DNA of 63,814 nt, counting the filler, from Octopus bimaculoides (lineage: Eukaryota), in the NCBI RefSeq assembly GCF_001194135.2. It is 5 parts of 5 records of this genome, joined end to end, with 100 filler letters (N's around TTAATTAATTAA, not from the genome) between each part and the next. Parts side by side here need not be neighbours in the genome. Positions count along the whole stretch, not along the records: positions 1 to 28,995 come from NC_068998.1; positions 29,096 to 46,700 come from NC_068982.1; 3 more parts are not named here. One strand, given 5' to 3'. Under the pieces are notes generated by a model, which did no database searches, was not told where the DNA came from, and saw only the letters and a list, made by a program, of their open reading frames with translations. The stretch's first letter is position 1; every line of letters begins with the position of its first letter. Positions 25,595 to 38,579 of this stretch are shown piece after piece. Position numbers and translations under genes: made by a program.

Positions 25595-25596
<2 letters not shown>

Positions 25597-25954
25597 CGTT
25601 CCTTTATTGCTAGGATCACCATCAGTGTTATGAATATTTTATATGCGGTATCATAAATAGTTTCTGACAATAGCTTAAATCATGTCCCCGAAAGGTATCT
25701 GAATCAGTTCGGTATAATCCGTAGGCATATTGTAAGCATCAAAGTAGAATCTGGTGAGCGAAACAATAATTCGCATTATAAATGAACGTATGTATTTATT
25801 GTTCAGCTGCTTGCTTTTCTGTATTTAGCTGCCATCAATGGTAAATATAAATATATATTTTCTTAGCCCAATGACAAGATCACTTTGTTCATTCTAAAGA
25901 TTTCTGGAATACTTTCTTGAAAAACACAAATTCTATATCAAGTAAACATTCTAC

Positions 25955-25966
<12 letters not shown>

Positions 25967-26048
<82 letters not shown>

Positions 26049-26049
26049 T
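25967..26049. repeat. (CT)n microsatellite
   Basis: Directly visible. Confidence 0.95.
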
Positions 26050-27619
26050 AATACTAAAAAAAATTAAGTTCTGGGTTCGATTTGCATGACTAAAATCCTT
26101 CAAGGCTGTGCTCCAGCAAGGCCACTATGAAATGACTAAAATAAACAAAATAATAAATGAAAAAAAAAAAGGAATATATATACATAAGTATGTGTGTGTG
26201 AGTGAGTGTGTGTGTAAATATACACATATACATATACATATCAGATGAATGAAAATATTGTACAATGTTTTCCTCACTTTAATACTAGTTTGTTTTTATA
26301 ACTGTCTACAAGTATGCTCTTTAACACTCTGCAGTGTTAAGTCGAAGGCAGATAGTGTTAAGATACTGCCTATGATATTTCCATTTCAACATGTTTATTT
26401 TACATGTTCCTCTTTTTCTTGTCATCTCTGCTACAGTTTACTTAATGTCACCACAGTTGCTGCAAATAAAAGGGCTGGGCGGTTTGATAGTAAGTTCGTA
26501 ATTTATGCTAGGATTGCTACAAATTATAGTAGTAATTGTGTTGTTACGAGCATTTTCAATTATATTACATTTGACATTGTTTTAATAGTTCTTTCTTTCT
26601 GGTCCTTTATCAGGACATTATTAGATGTAGAATTAGCTTTACTGTAGAATCTGTACGCTTTAGCAAAATGTTATAAGTTACAGTTAGTGCCGTGAGGTGT
26701 GATACAGTGTGTATTTTTTTAATTTTTTATACAAATGTGATTGATGATCTTATGTCAACTCTGCTAAAGAAAGACACTATTGTTAAGTAGACCAATTATT
26801 GAAGCTGCAAGCTGAAATACATACTAGGATTTATACTATGTGATATTCTTCTATCAGTTCATATTTATTTTGCCATATTTCTCTATTTCATACGAATATA
26901 TTCTTATCGTCGCATATTTTTCGATAAGTATGATACATTCACTCTGAACATTATTATTGCTTATGCCACATGCAGATACATTGATGTCTTCGTGCTGGCT
27001 GTTGTATGAAGCGTGTTCATTGAATATAATGCATATGAATATTGTCATTGTTCTTCTTACGTCATTCGACATTAATGTTTGTTTTATTTTTCGTTTACCT
27101 GCAACCGTTTGACTTGTGTGTATGTGTGTGCGCGCGTGTGTAAATATATATATACATATATATATATATATANNNNNNNNNNNNNNNNNNNNNNNNNNNN
27201 NNNNNNNNNNNNNNNNNNNNNNNNNNNNNNNNNNNNNNNNNNNNNNNNNNNNNNNNNNNNNNNNNNNNNNNNNNNNNNNNNNNNNNNNNNNNNNNNNNNN
27301 NNNNNNNNNNNNNNNNNNNNNNNNNNNNNNNNNNNNNNNNNNNNNNNNNNNNNNNNNNNNNNNNNNNNNNNNNNNNNNNNNNNNNNNNNNNNNNNNNNNN
27401 NNNNNNNNNNNNNNNNNNNNNNNNNNNNNNNNNNNNNNNNNNNNNNNNNNNNNNNNNNNNNNNNNNNNNNNNNNNNNNNNNNNNNNNNNNNNNNNNNNNN
27501 NNNNNNNNNNNNNNNNNNNNNNGATTTTTATGTTTTTTGATAAACTATTAGTCTTGCTTAATATGTTTTGCAAAAATTGCTGTTCCTTTTCAGATATCAT
27601 CAGAAAAAGTAATTAAAAT

Positions 27620-27852
27620 TCATTAAAATAACAGATCAGTCGAACTTTCAAAGTCATCAAATTGTTGGTGCTCGAATCCCAGACGCTAGCGTAGCGAACA
27701 CACCCGAAATATTTTGTGTAACGACAACCTTTGAGAAAGAAGGTAAAACCTCCTTGTGGAAATAAAACTCCGGAAGAAAACCAAAACTTTCAGATAGGGA
27801 CGGTTGGATTATTACACGAATTGTTAGAAAGGATCACAAACCTATAGCTCCA
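27620..27852 (+). mobile_element. Tc1 transposase N-terminal (HTH) fragment
   Basis: ITDQSNFQSHQIVGARIPDASVANTPEIF...TTFEKEGKTSLWK*NSGRKPKLSDRDGWIITRIVRKDHKPIAP resembles the Tc1 N-terminus. Confidence 0.75.
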
Positions 27853-28654
27853 GTGGAATTAAAACTAATTTTGAAATGTGTGCCTATTAAAGAGCTTTCT
27901 ATAATTATGATTGATTGGAAAATACCTATTTATAAGGGATAAGAAATATCTACCTATAATAAAGTTCACCTCAGGTTAGAAAGGTGATGTGAACCAGATA
28001 ATTTTCCTATTCCTATTTTCCCTTTTCTTTGTTACTGGACTAATGACAGGTGTATAGGTTATTGCCTCGCTAAAAACCAACGGCAGCGGAAAGTGTGGTC
28101 TTTGTCATATGAAAAGATGGCTTATATGGAAAAGTTTTTTAGACGCCGTTACATGTCTAAATTGAAGTATTGAACTTTTTGGGTCATGTCCCATATGGCA
28201 AAACATTTGCTCCGTTTTTCGACCCCCAAGATCACAGATAGAACCTGCATTTTATATTATGTCTTCGTACAAACCTTTCATATCTCTTATCATCACTTAT
28301 ATATTTATATATATTTTATTACATCATATATTGTTTCTGTATATTATTTTTCACCCTTTATAATCGTGTAACTTATACGCGTGTAGTACATACCTAATGT
28401 ATATGTGCATACATATATACATGTGTACAAATGATTGTAAATATATATGAGTGTAAGACTCTATCTGTTGTACTTGTCCCATTCCTTCATACATATATGA
28501 ATGTTATATACGTTTATATATCTGCAGGTGTAGATGTATTTGACAGACTGGATGGTGTATTTGACTAATTGTCACATATTATATTTGTAGATAAATTCCT
28601 CTATTTTACAAAATATCGAGGTCTCATTCTTTTGTTGTCATATTATTATTTTAA

Positions 28655-28720
28655 ACTAGCAGAAATACCCGGCTTTGCCCGGGTTAAAGAGAATAATGAA
28701 ATCTAAAAACGCCGTCTAGA
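28655..28720 (+). mobile_element. Helitron/Helentron-like terminal fragment
   Basis: ACTAGCAGAAATACCCGGCTTTGCCCGGG, an ACTAG start with a short GC hairpin as seen at such ends. Confidence 0.4.
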
Positions 28721-29039
28721 CTAATCAACCCTCAACTGTTAGTAGCTACGATACCATATTTCTACATTAATAACTCTCCAATCCATGCCAGCATGGAACA
28801 TAGACATTAAGTGGAATGCCAGTTTCTCATCTAGGAGGGCCTTGAAATCAATGTTACCAACTGAGGACTATGTGTGTCGTAGTGATAATAAAAAGACCCA
28901 AAGGAGGTCTGCAACGAAATAATTTTACTCAACACTTTGCAAGTGAATCAGTGGAGGCAAAGATGCGTCTCATTTACTTTGACAATTTATGCACCNNNNN
29001 NNNNNNNNNNNNNNNNNNNNNNNNNNNNNNNNNNNNNNN

Positions 29040-29051
29040 TTAATTAATTAA
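29040..29051. other. Assembly linker TTAATTAATTAA inside a 100-bp gap (also 46745-46756, 60125-60136, 62718-62729)
   Basis: Identical 12-mer flanked by 44 N on each side at four places; it encodes stops in all six frames. Confidence 0.95.
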
Positions 29052-29095
29052 NNNNNNNNNNNNNNNNNNNNNNNNNNNNNNNNNNNNNNNNNNNN

Positions 29096-29391
29096 TTCGA
29101 GCGAGATCGTTGCCGGTGCCCCTGGGCTGGCTCTTGTGCGGGTGACACATGAGGTTTCTCGAGCGAGATGAGCCATGGCCGTTGCCAGTACCGCCTGACT
29201 GGCCTTCGTGCGGGTGACACGTAAAAGCACCCACTACACTCTGAGTGGTTGGCGTTAGGAAGGGCATCCAGCTGTAGAAACTCTGCCAAATCAGACTGGA
29301 GCCTGGTGTAGCCATCTGGTTTCACCAGTCCTCAGTCAAATCGTCCAACCCATGCTAGCATGGAAAGCGGACGTTAAACGACGACGACGAT
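29096..29391 (+). mobile_element. SINE-like repeat family C (aggaagggcatccagctgtagaaac ... ggacgttaaacgacgacg tail)
   Basis: Related copies or tails at 31310-31470, 40860-40998 (-), 42500-42650, 43505-43617 and 45600-45770. Confidence 0.8.
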
Positions 29392-30596
29392 ATTGTCCCC
29401 AGTTTTCATTTTAGCATTCTATATTTATCAAACTGCTAAGTTACAGGCCATAAAACACAGGCACCATTTTTTTTTTCCAAATGGTGGCAATCAATGTCAG
29501 ATGTAGACATACACACATACACACACACACATACACAATGGACTTCCACAGTTTCTATTAACCAAGTTACTAAATTTGAGCAGTTAATATAACAAGTGCA
29601 AATAAATTATAATGCAGCAAGTTTACACAATATACTATGTCATCTTGCATGCCAGAAAATATGGTATGACAAACATTTCTCAATCCAACTGAATTCAAGT
29701 GAAATAAATTGGTCGTTTTGACTCTTGTTAAATATGTATTCATATAATTGTCATCGTTTTTTTTTTTAATCAATAAACTGAAAATTCATACAGTAGTGCA
29801 ATTATCTTAATATATACCATATATACTTATATATATGACACTACAGTAGATAAGTTGCACCTACTTACTGTTTATATTATGGTTTTAGCTTCTGACCCAT
29901 AAATAAGCTGCATATTGCTTTTTGTAAATACTGTTTACAACTTTGTTTCCAGCTACATTTATATGAAAGAAAAAACACCATTTAGCTGAAATAATCTCAA
30001 TCATTACCAAGGTAGTCTAGAAATATCCCTGCACCATAGATATCACAGCAACTCATTTACATGATCAATGCTCAGAATTAATAGATTAACCACTGTTTTT
30101 AAATCACCACTCCTGATTAACTGACAATATCTGCAGCCTTTAAGAAGCATTGGAATTACAGCTGGCTGATACAGAACGGTGCATATGCTACACACATGTG
30201 AAAGGTATTTTTATATAAATTGTGAGACTACATGTAGCCACACATGTATTTGTTTTGTAGCAGAATCAAATTCTGCTTATGTAGTAGTTGGTGTTTTTTT
30301 TATGAATGATGTCCTCAATATATTTGTTTACAACACTTACATTTATGGAGACAGAATTGGGACATGACCAACCTGTCTTACACACTGAATCATTTGTTGG
30401 TATATGTGCACTGGTGCATGCTGCAAATTCTGAGCCCAGAGTGAAGTTCAGTAGATAAGCATACTGGTTCTCTTTGCCCAGGTTTTTAGAAGAGCTGCAA
30501 CTTACCTATTAATATATACAGTAGAGCATGACTTGAACTACTAAACCCTACAGAAGAGATTGCAACACACAGCTAAAAGCCATATAATATATAATC

Positions 30597-30995
30597 AAGT
30601 GCAGGCATGCCTGTGTGTTGATCACAAGGTTCCCAACTACATGATTCCCAGTTTAGTCCCACTGAGTGGCACTTTGGGCAAGTGCTTTCTACTATAGACT
30701 CAGGATGAACAAAGACTTGAGTAGATTTGATAGACAGAAACTGAAAGAAGCCCATCATACATATATATCTGTATGTGTATGTGTGTCTTTGTCCCCCACC
30801 ACCAGCACTAGGCATCTGGTGTTGGTGTGTTTACATACCTATAACTGAGCAGTTCAGCAAATAGAACCAACAGAATAAGTACCAGGCTTAAAAAAATAAG
30901 TGCCAAGGTCGATACATTTGGGAAAAAAAAAAAAAAAAAAGATTCTTCAAGCAGGTTACCCCAATATGGCCACAATCTAATGAGACTGAAACAAG
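30597..30995 (+). mobile_element. Degenerate tRNA-SINE, family B
   Basis: Colinear with 57139-57646. Confidence 0.75.
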
Positions 30996-31689
30996 AAAAA
31001 GATAAAAGACTAACAAGTATTTTCCTTACAATCAAACTAACTTCAATCCTAATTTACATTTCAGATTTGTGAACATTTTCAATTTCATTTAATCTTTCTT
31101 GTATTCTGTGGCCATAATGCAAGAATTAATCCTCCCCAGTTTGCTTTTTCAACCTTGACAACACATGGTACTGTCCCAAGTTAGTACTATTTTATCCAGT
31201 TCAATTTGTACTAAACAGTACCATACTGTCTTTGGACTTCTTTGTCACCTACTTTATATTAGAAGTGGTTTCCAGTGTAATGTTACTCTGAGACATTCAT
31301 ATGTCTCAGTCATTACACTCTGTAAAGTGGTTGGCATTAGGAAGGGCATCCAGCTGCAGAAAACATGCCAAAACAGACATGGAGCCAAGGCAGCTCTTCA
31401 GTTGACCAGCTCCTGTCAAACCATCCAACCCATGCCAGTATCGAAATCGGATGTTAAATGATGATGATGATGGTGCATTATTTTGAACAGTATACTGCTA
31501 GGACAATTTTAAGAGTTAAGTTTTGCGAGGTTTTTTTTTATTTGCAATGTTCTGGAGTTAATATATCACTGATATTTCATGCAAGCAATTATTGTATCAA
31601 ATCTTATGTTTGCTCGGTACCATCTTACAATCTTCAGCAATGTATTAGAAGAAACAACATACTAAAACGAGACGAATCCCATTCACCAT

Positions 31690-31840
31690 ACAAAGGCATC
31701 TAGCAGACTATTCTTGAATTTACTGATGACTTAACCATTCTCTCTTCAAAGAAATAATTTCAGCGAATGCAGTTTAAGTTTACTGATGCAGTAAAACACA
31801 TGAAGATTAACATAAACACAAAAGAACTCAGTTTATGTCA
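31690..31840 (+). mobile_element. Possible LINE reverse-transcriptase fragment
   Basis: LEFTDDLTILSSKK*FQRMQFKFTDAVKHMKININTK resembles the L.FADD...KIN..KT region of RTE-type RTs. Confidence 0.35.
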
Positions 31841-32542
31841 CTAAATATCAACTTCACTGCTCTTGCGACTATGTATGGTGACCTACTAAAACATTGATAT
31901 TCTTGCACTCATTAGGAGACTGATCTGAAAAATATGTTAACAAAGACTTCACATCTGAGTAAAATAAATCAATAAACATTTCTCAAAAGTTCAAATTCTC
32001 TGTATGTGTTCTATTACAAAATTCAGCTATATGGATTTTTTTTTTTTGTTACCAAAATGTCATCAACTAACATTTAGTTATCACAAAAAAGTTATCACTC
32101 TTAAAAACAGTTTCTATCAACTTGAACAAAAAAGGGAATATTGAGCTGAGGCAGCATCTACAAAGTCACCTGATTTGCAAGAATAACAACAAAATTTCCC
32201 TCAAATCACACTACCGTCTTAAAGAGATGATGGCCATAACTGGAATATTATTGACCATAGGTCTCAATTAGAAGTGGTTTAACATTCTGGCTTTGATTTC
32301 ATACAAGTCATGTAAATGATGTAAACGCTGGAAAGAACAGTCAGAGTAGAACTGACCTTAAACGAACAACCATAATGCCAGAAAGGTGGAAATTATATTT
32401 TGTACAGAAATTGCATCAAATATATTTATAAAAGATATTGGATCACTGACGAATTAATTGTACAATTACTTTCCAAATATAGCAAATGTTTTGCAACAAC
32501 AAATTATCATCTCATCTGGCATGAAAATATTACTCTTTATGT

Positions 32543-32905
32543 CATTCAACATCGACCATGCAACTTGGGAGCAGTCTGCTCTAGACAGGGAAAGATGGCA
32601 ATCAGCTGTCCACAAGGGTGCCAACACATGCGAGACCAATAGGATCGCTGCTGCAGAAGGCCGCAGACAAGCCAGGAAGAACAGAGCTAACAACCCTGTA
32701 GCAGGTGCTACCATTCCCTGTCAACACTGTCAAAGACTCTTTCGGGTGCAGANNNNNNNNNNCAGGTGCTACCATTCCCTGTCAACACTGTCAAAGACTC
32801 TTTCGGGTGCAGATTGGCCTCACTAGCCATCTGTGGACTCACAAAAAAAGGCCACCCCCACCCCAGGATGACGAGATGGTCTTCGTCGCATCGATGGACA
32901 AACTA
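32543..32905 (+). mobile_element. RTE-clade (BovB-like) LINE 3' end
   Basis: SFNIDHATWEQSALDRERWQSAVHKG...IPCQHCQRLFRVQIGLTSHLWTH is the typical RTE C-terminal C2H2-like motif. A 51-bp segment is duplicated across a 10-N gap. Confidence 0.85.
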
Positions 32906-33009
32906 CTAAACTCAGAGAACTACCCTATATAAACTCATAAGACACACAAGGATAAGCTAATACATATGCCAAATGTGTTTCATGAACATTGTTTGCAACT
33001 TGTGACATA

Positions 33010-33390
33010 TAGGTGCATGCATAGCTGTGTGGTAAGAAGCTTGCTTCCCAACCACATGGTTTCGGATTCAGTCCCACTGAGTGGCACTTTGAACAAGTGT
33101 CTTCTACTATAGCCTCGGGCTGACCAAAGCCTATATATATATATATATATATAAATTATTTATTATGTGTGTGTGTGTGTGTATGTGCATGCGTGTGTTT
33201 GTCTCCCTACCAATCAATTGGCAACCGTTAGTGTGTTTTTCCCCATAACTTAGTGGTTTGGCAAAAGAGACTGATAGAATAAGTACTGAGTTTACAAAGA
33301 ATAATGTCTAGAGTTGATTGCTTCGACTAAAACCCTTTAAGGCAGTGCTCCAGCATGGCCGCAGTCAAATGACTGAAACCTGTAAAAGAA
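33010..33390 (+). mobile_element. tRNA-SINE family B
   Basis: Colinear with 57139-57646. Confidence 0.8.
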
Positions 33391-33414
33391 TTCATTTGTT
33401 TGTTTTAACTTCAG

Positions 33415-33480
33415 ATAACTAATATGGATCATCAGGATATATATTTGACATCCTTCCTGATGCTCTTACCTGTTTTTCAA
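33415..33480 (+). other. Candidate exon (strand ambiguous)
   Basis: Plus acceptor tttgtttgttttaacttcag and donor CAA|GTAAGG, 66 nt open in phase 0. An overlapping minus-strand exon candidate (PSGIRDPLLEKQ|GTAAGA) also exists. Confidence 0.25.
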
Positions 33481-33599
33481 GTAAGGGATCTCTTATTCCA
33501 GATGGCTTTGAAGGCACAAAGGAAGTAGGTGATTAAGTGACACCAGAGATGCCAACAGAAAACTACATGAACACTGATTTTTGAGTGAGTGTAAAAGGT

Positions 33600-33800
33600 A
33601 AACAAAAATAAACACACAAACACAAGCACATACACACAATGGGCTTCTTTTTGGTTTCTGTCAACCATATCCACTTAAAAGATTTTGGTCACCCCTGTGA
33701 GAGAGGAGAAAACACTTGCCCAAGGAGCGGCACAGTAAGCTTGAATCCAAAACCACATGGATGGGAAGTAAACTTCTTAACCACACAGCCACGACCTTGC
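33600..33800 (-). mobile_element. Degenerate tRNA-SINE family B, 5' half
   Basis: Reverse complement of the family B head and core. Confidence 0.65.
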
Positions 33801-34907
33801 ACTTCACAGATATACCTACATTTAGCTAAAATAATTCCAGTTATTACCAATACAGTGAAGTAATGCATTAGAATCACAGATATCATAGCTATGTATTTTT
33901 ATGACCAATGGCCCAGATCGGACAGATTAACAGGTACTTTTCAGTCACCATTACTGATTCACTCACAATATATGCAGCATCTAATAAGTATTTGGATTAC
34001 AGCTGGCCAATAGTCAACTATGTATATATATATATATACACACACATACATACATATATATATGTGTGTCACACACATGGAAGTCATACCAATATTCATA
34101 CAGACATAGTAGCAACATGGCTGGTCCGCCCAACATACTATTTGCTGGTATGTGTGTTAGTACATGCTGTGAATAGCAATTGGAATACAAGCTTATAGCC
34201 ATCAGAAAAAGTGAGATAACTAACTTTATCAACTATAAACTTAACTTTTGCAGCATGGAAGGTGTTTCTAAGCCACTTAAAAACACCACAAAAACCATTA
34301 GATTCACTTCAACATATAAATTTATTTTTTTGTGTCAAAATATTTTCATTGCTTTGAAACTACTGACAAAATTTTGAGAGGCAGCATGAAATTTTGTCAA
34401 CGAACATGTTGCAGTTTCAAAGCAACAAAAATATTTTGACACAAGTTAAATTTAAATGCTGAAGTGAATCTAATGGTCTTCGTGTTGGCTTATAAACACC
34501 TTCCATGCTGCAATTGTTTTTGCTTCAGCACACAATCTCAGATCAAGTCACTTGCTATGCAAGTACATCTCCGTAAAAGTTAACTTTACATATCTTCTAT
34601 ATAATGTCACATAGCCATGTTAGAATATAATTCCAAGACCTTAACCCTCCTAAACATTAGTTTAGTTTGTTTCTTTTTCTCCATACGTTGTTAAATGAAA
34701 CCAGAAATAATTGTCATTGCCAAAATGTGGTGTCGATGATGGGATACAAACAGAGCATATTGTATGTAGCCAAGGGACAAACACATTATCTACTTTACCA
34801 CTTTGACCATATATATTAACTCTTGAAGTCTTGTGGGAGTAAACACCATTAACACCAAGTTCTGAATCGCACTTAATTTATATCACTTATTAATGATTTA
34901 ATTACAG

Positions 34908-35050
34908 AAAGGGAGCATGAAATCAGAGAAAATAATCAGAATAATATTTCAGTGACATCTGTACATACCATCATGGAATTTATTCAGGGATATATTGATT
35001 CTGAGCAGAAATTGAATGATCATTTAGCATTGATTGATACCTTTCTGTGA
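34908..35050 (+). CDS. Candidate terminal coding exon (x)REHEIRENNQNNISVTSVHTIMEFIQGYIDSEQKLNDHLALIDTFL*
   Basis: Acceptor atttaattacag followed by an open frame (46 full codons) to TGA, inside a CpG-depleted domain. No homologue recognised. Confidence 0.3.
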
Positions 35051-36219
35051 AACTGAAACAAGCAAGTACTTAAGTTTATTATGCATTCAGCACCATAGAA
35101 ATGGTTGTAACATCCTGTGGAAATACTACCTTTAACTCTTAAATTCTAGTAGTACTTTATATAAATTCCCCTGTCTTATTAGAAGTCAGAGATTTTGATG
35201 AAAAGCAATTAGTCCAGTATAAAAATATAGCTATTGCATGAATTAATATGAAATTTAGTGACAGGGTGTAATAATTGTTGGTGTACATTATGAATACACT
35301 ATTAGATAATAAAGAAAAAAAATTAGGAAAGACCAAATGATAGCATTGCTTTTGCTGAGTTACAAAACACAGTAGATAGTCTGATGCAGAGGTTTCCAAA
35401 CTTATTTTGGTGTGGAACTCATTACAGGGTTTCCCAAAAACTGAATTAAAAAAAAAAAATTTTACAAACCTTCACTACCATAATTTTGATAAGGCATAAG
35501 ATGAAACAAAAGCTACTTTAGAGAATTTATTCATATATAAAAATATGATACTTTGAAAATGGTGAATCACATTTGCATTATATAATAAACGTTCAAAAAC
35601 CACTTTAAAGAAACCATGATTTGCTGTCTTATGAATGATAAGACAACCATATGTTTTATAAGTTTTCTATCCAAATTATAAAGATGAGTAAAACATTTCT
35701 CATCATCATCATCCGAAGTTTAATAAAAGTTGGGATAGATTTGCAAAACAAGCATTTGCTGTGCCTAAATCTTGAGTTATCTCAAATAAAGTCTGCTTTA
35801 CTCTGTTTTGGTTATCTATTAATCATACAACATCCATTTAGATACCATTCATGTTCTTTGGTATACTTATCCAAATCACATGCATTCATTCATTTGACAA
35901 AAGCACTTGTCCAGTCAATGCTTTTTTTCATCTAGTCATTTTCTCAACTTAGATCTGCAAAATAAAGGGGAAAGTAAAAGAGTGAAGATAAAAATGAAGG
36001 CCTGATTAGTAGAAAGGACTTCAGCAGTTTGATATCCAAGTGAAAACCATATTTAGTGTGCTAGAAAGGAGTGTGGGAACACAATACTATGTAAACAATA
36101 TAGCTAATTGATATTAAAAACTGTATAGTGCAAAATAATTATTTAAGTCAATAATTATGGTATGTAAGCCAGGGAAACTAAGGCTATTAATAACTAATAT
36201 TATTGATAGCTGAAAGGTG

Positions 36220-36375
36220 ACAAGCTGGCAGAATTGTTAGCATGCCAGGTAAAATGCTTAGTCACATTTTGTCCATCTTCACATTGTGAATTCAAATTCT
36301 GCCGAGCTTGACTCTGCCTTTCATCCTTTTGGGGTCGATAAAATAAGTACCAGTTAAACCCTGAGGTCAATTGAT
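36220..36375 (+). mobile_element. tRNA-SINE family A
   Basis: Matches the unit at 17137. Confidence 0.75.
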
Positions 36376-36699
36376 AGTTGAGTATTAAAAGTTGACTAGC
36401 TTCTCCAACAGTTCATTGCAAACACGGCAGCAATGGAAAAAAATGATGAAAAAACATTATTCACTGAACTATACTTTGAAACACCAGTTTAGATGAATAA
36501 TGTGACACGAAATTAATGAATTTAGTACGAAATTCCCAAAACCGAAAAAGCTCTGAAAATCAAAAGTTTCTTTTCTGGAGGTCATTTGCACACCAAAGCT
36601 CATGTTTGGTGCCCACACTCAACCCATATTAGCTGTCTCTCAGATCCTCCCACTGAGATGTGCTTCCGCTGCTTGATTTCTTTTTTTCCTTTTTGGGTT

Positions 36700-36985
36700 C
36701 ACTGCCATTGCATGACAACTTGGGCAAGTGTCTTCTACAGTCCTGGGTCAACCTGAGTGGATTTGCTATACATATGAGCGAGTGTGTGTCCTTGTATTGG
36801 CATTGCATAAATAATTGTCACTATCATACAAGTAGTGTCATCTATTTCCAGTATCCTGCAAGAATATGTCTGGCCATATTACTTTGTTTGCAAACAGGTG
36901 AGGGACGGTGACAAGAACACTTAGTTGTAGAAAATCCACCTAAAAACATTCTAGGAAAGTGGACGTTAAAATGATGATGATGAAA
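36700..36985 (+). mobile_element. Degenerate SINE with family-B-like head and family-C-like tail
   Basis: ttgggttcact..ttgggcaagtgtcttcta... followed by ...gtagaaaatcc...ggacgttaaaatgatgatg. A similar copy lies at 41200-41570. Confidence 0.6.
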
Positions 36986-37199
36986 TAGGCAGGAATGAAG
37001 AAAAGGTCAAGTGTAATTTGTGTGAAATTTTGAACTAATATAATTAAAACACATTTAATGAAAAATAACTAAATTTTAGATATCATAATTATACTTGTTT
37101 GGATAGAATTTTTATCAGCTCCTGTACTTAAAAGAAAAACAGAACCCAATTCATGTAGAAGAAAAAAAAATGAAGCCATGGCTTCGTTTGTGCATGAGA

Positions 37200-38000
37200 C
37201 TTTAAAATATTTATGCAAAAAAATCTTTAAAAGAAACGAATACTCGAAAAATTTCCCCTTTTGAAAAATAAACACACTATATTCTGTGGTTTTGATTTGC
37301 TACGTGTGAGAAGATTCTACTACAGCATACGAAAAAATCAAATGAACCGATACGAGGTCCGTCAATGGACTTTCAAAATAAATGTCATGAATAAAATGTA
37401 ATTCCTTGTTTATTTGTTTTGAGTGTTTTTCGAGATTTTTCGACAATTCTGCATTGTAAAATATGCGTAAACCACTTCCTGAAAAATTAAATCTATGTTT
37501 TTCATGTCTCAGCTCCCCACGCCTCCAACCTCGTGTCTTTGGAATAGCTACCACGATTAAAATTCTTTTTTTTCTTCTTTTTCTTCCTTTTGCGATGTAC
37601 AAGCGTTTTGTAATGTGGGATATTGTATATTATCGAAAAATACCAGAATAAAAAATGAAAATATTTTTTAAAAATCTATTCTATTTGTGACATCTATTCC
37701 GAAAATCCGCCGGTCCACCGACCAAATAGAAATAGCAATGAATTTCTGCCGAATCGCACCCCCCCCCCTATTCCATTATTACGATGACGGAAAAACTTGG
37801 TTTAGACGTTTCAGTCGCGTCCATCCTCTCTGCACAATCTAGATTTGAATGGTGCGAAATAGCAATCGATTCCTTTTTATTTACATAAAAATTTTAATAT
37901 CCTGTGCCAACCAGATACATCAGGAATAGAGGAATTCGAACGAACGGAATGAACCAAACTAATTGGCACTCGCTCATAAACAAGCAGTACTTTTGGTTAT
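37200..38000. promoter_or_regulatory. CpG-rich island between two CpG-depleted domains; putative promoter
   Basis: Rough hand count ~30+ CpG/kb versus ~3-7/kb at 34-36 and 39.5-43 kb; no TE recognised here. Confidence 0.4.
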
Positions 38001-38579
38001 TTCCCATGAAAATTATCATACCAATCACATATCAAAATATGATTTACAGAAATAATTAAGTGATTACTAAAAAAAAAAAAAAAATTATTCACTTTTAAAA
38101 GGGCTTTAGTTTTCAATCTCGTAAATTAACGTTGTATGTTCTCTAAGTAACAACTATGTAAACATTATTCCAAGGGAAATAACTTTGGAATATGGCTTCG
38201 GAGTTGAAAGAACGGTGTTTTGATATGATACATTATAAAAACACATTTCTTACACGTGATTGTGTACACGCATGCGCATAAGTAAAATGTATATTTACAT
38301 ATATGCGCATGCGCAAGCTACGTGTGTGTGTGTATTATATATATTTATATATATAATACAAATAGTAAATGAGTATAGGCATATATACGTACATATATGT
38401 ATATACATCTACCTGTGTATATAGATGCATATCTGGGTACAGGACATTGCAAACAAAGCGTAGACAAAATGATAAACGAGTACGGAAAACACACAGGCCA
38501 CATATACACACACACACACACACTATATATATATATATACACGCGCATACACAAATTATACACACATATACATATAAAT

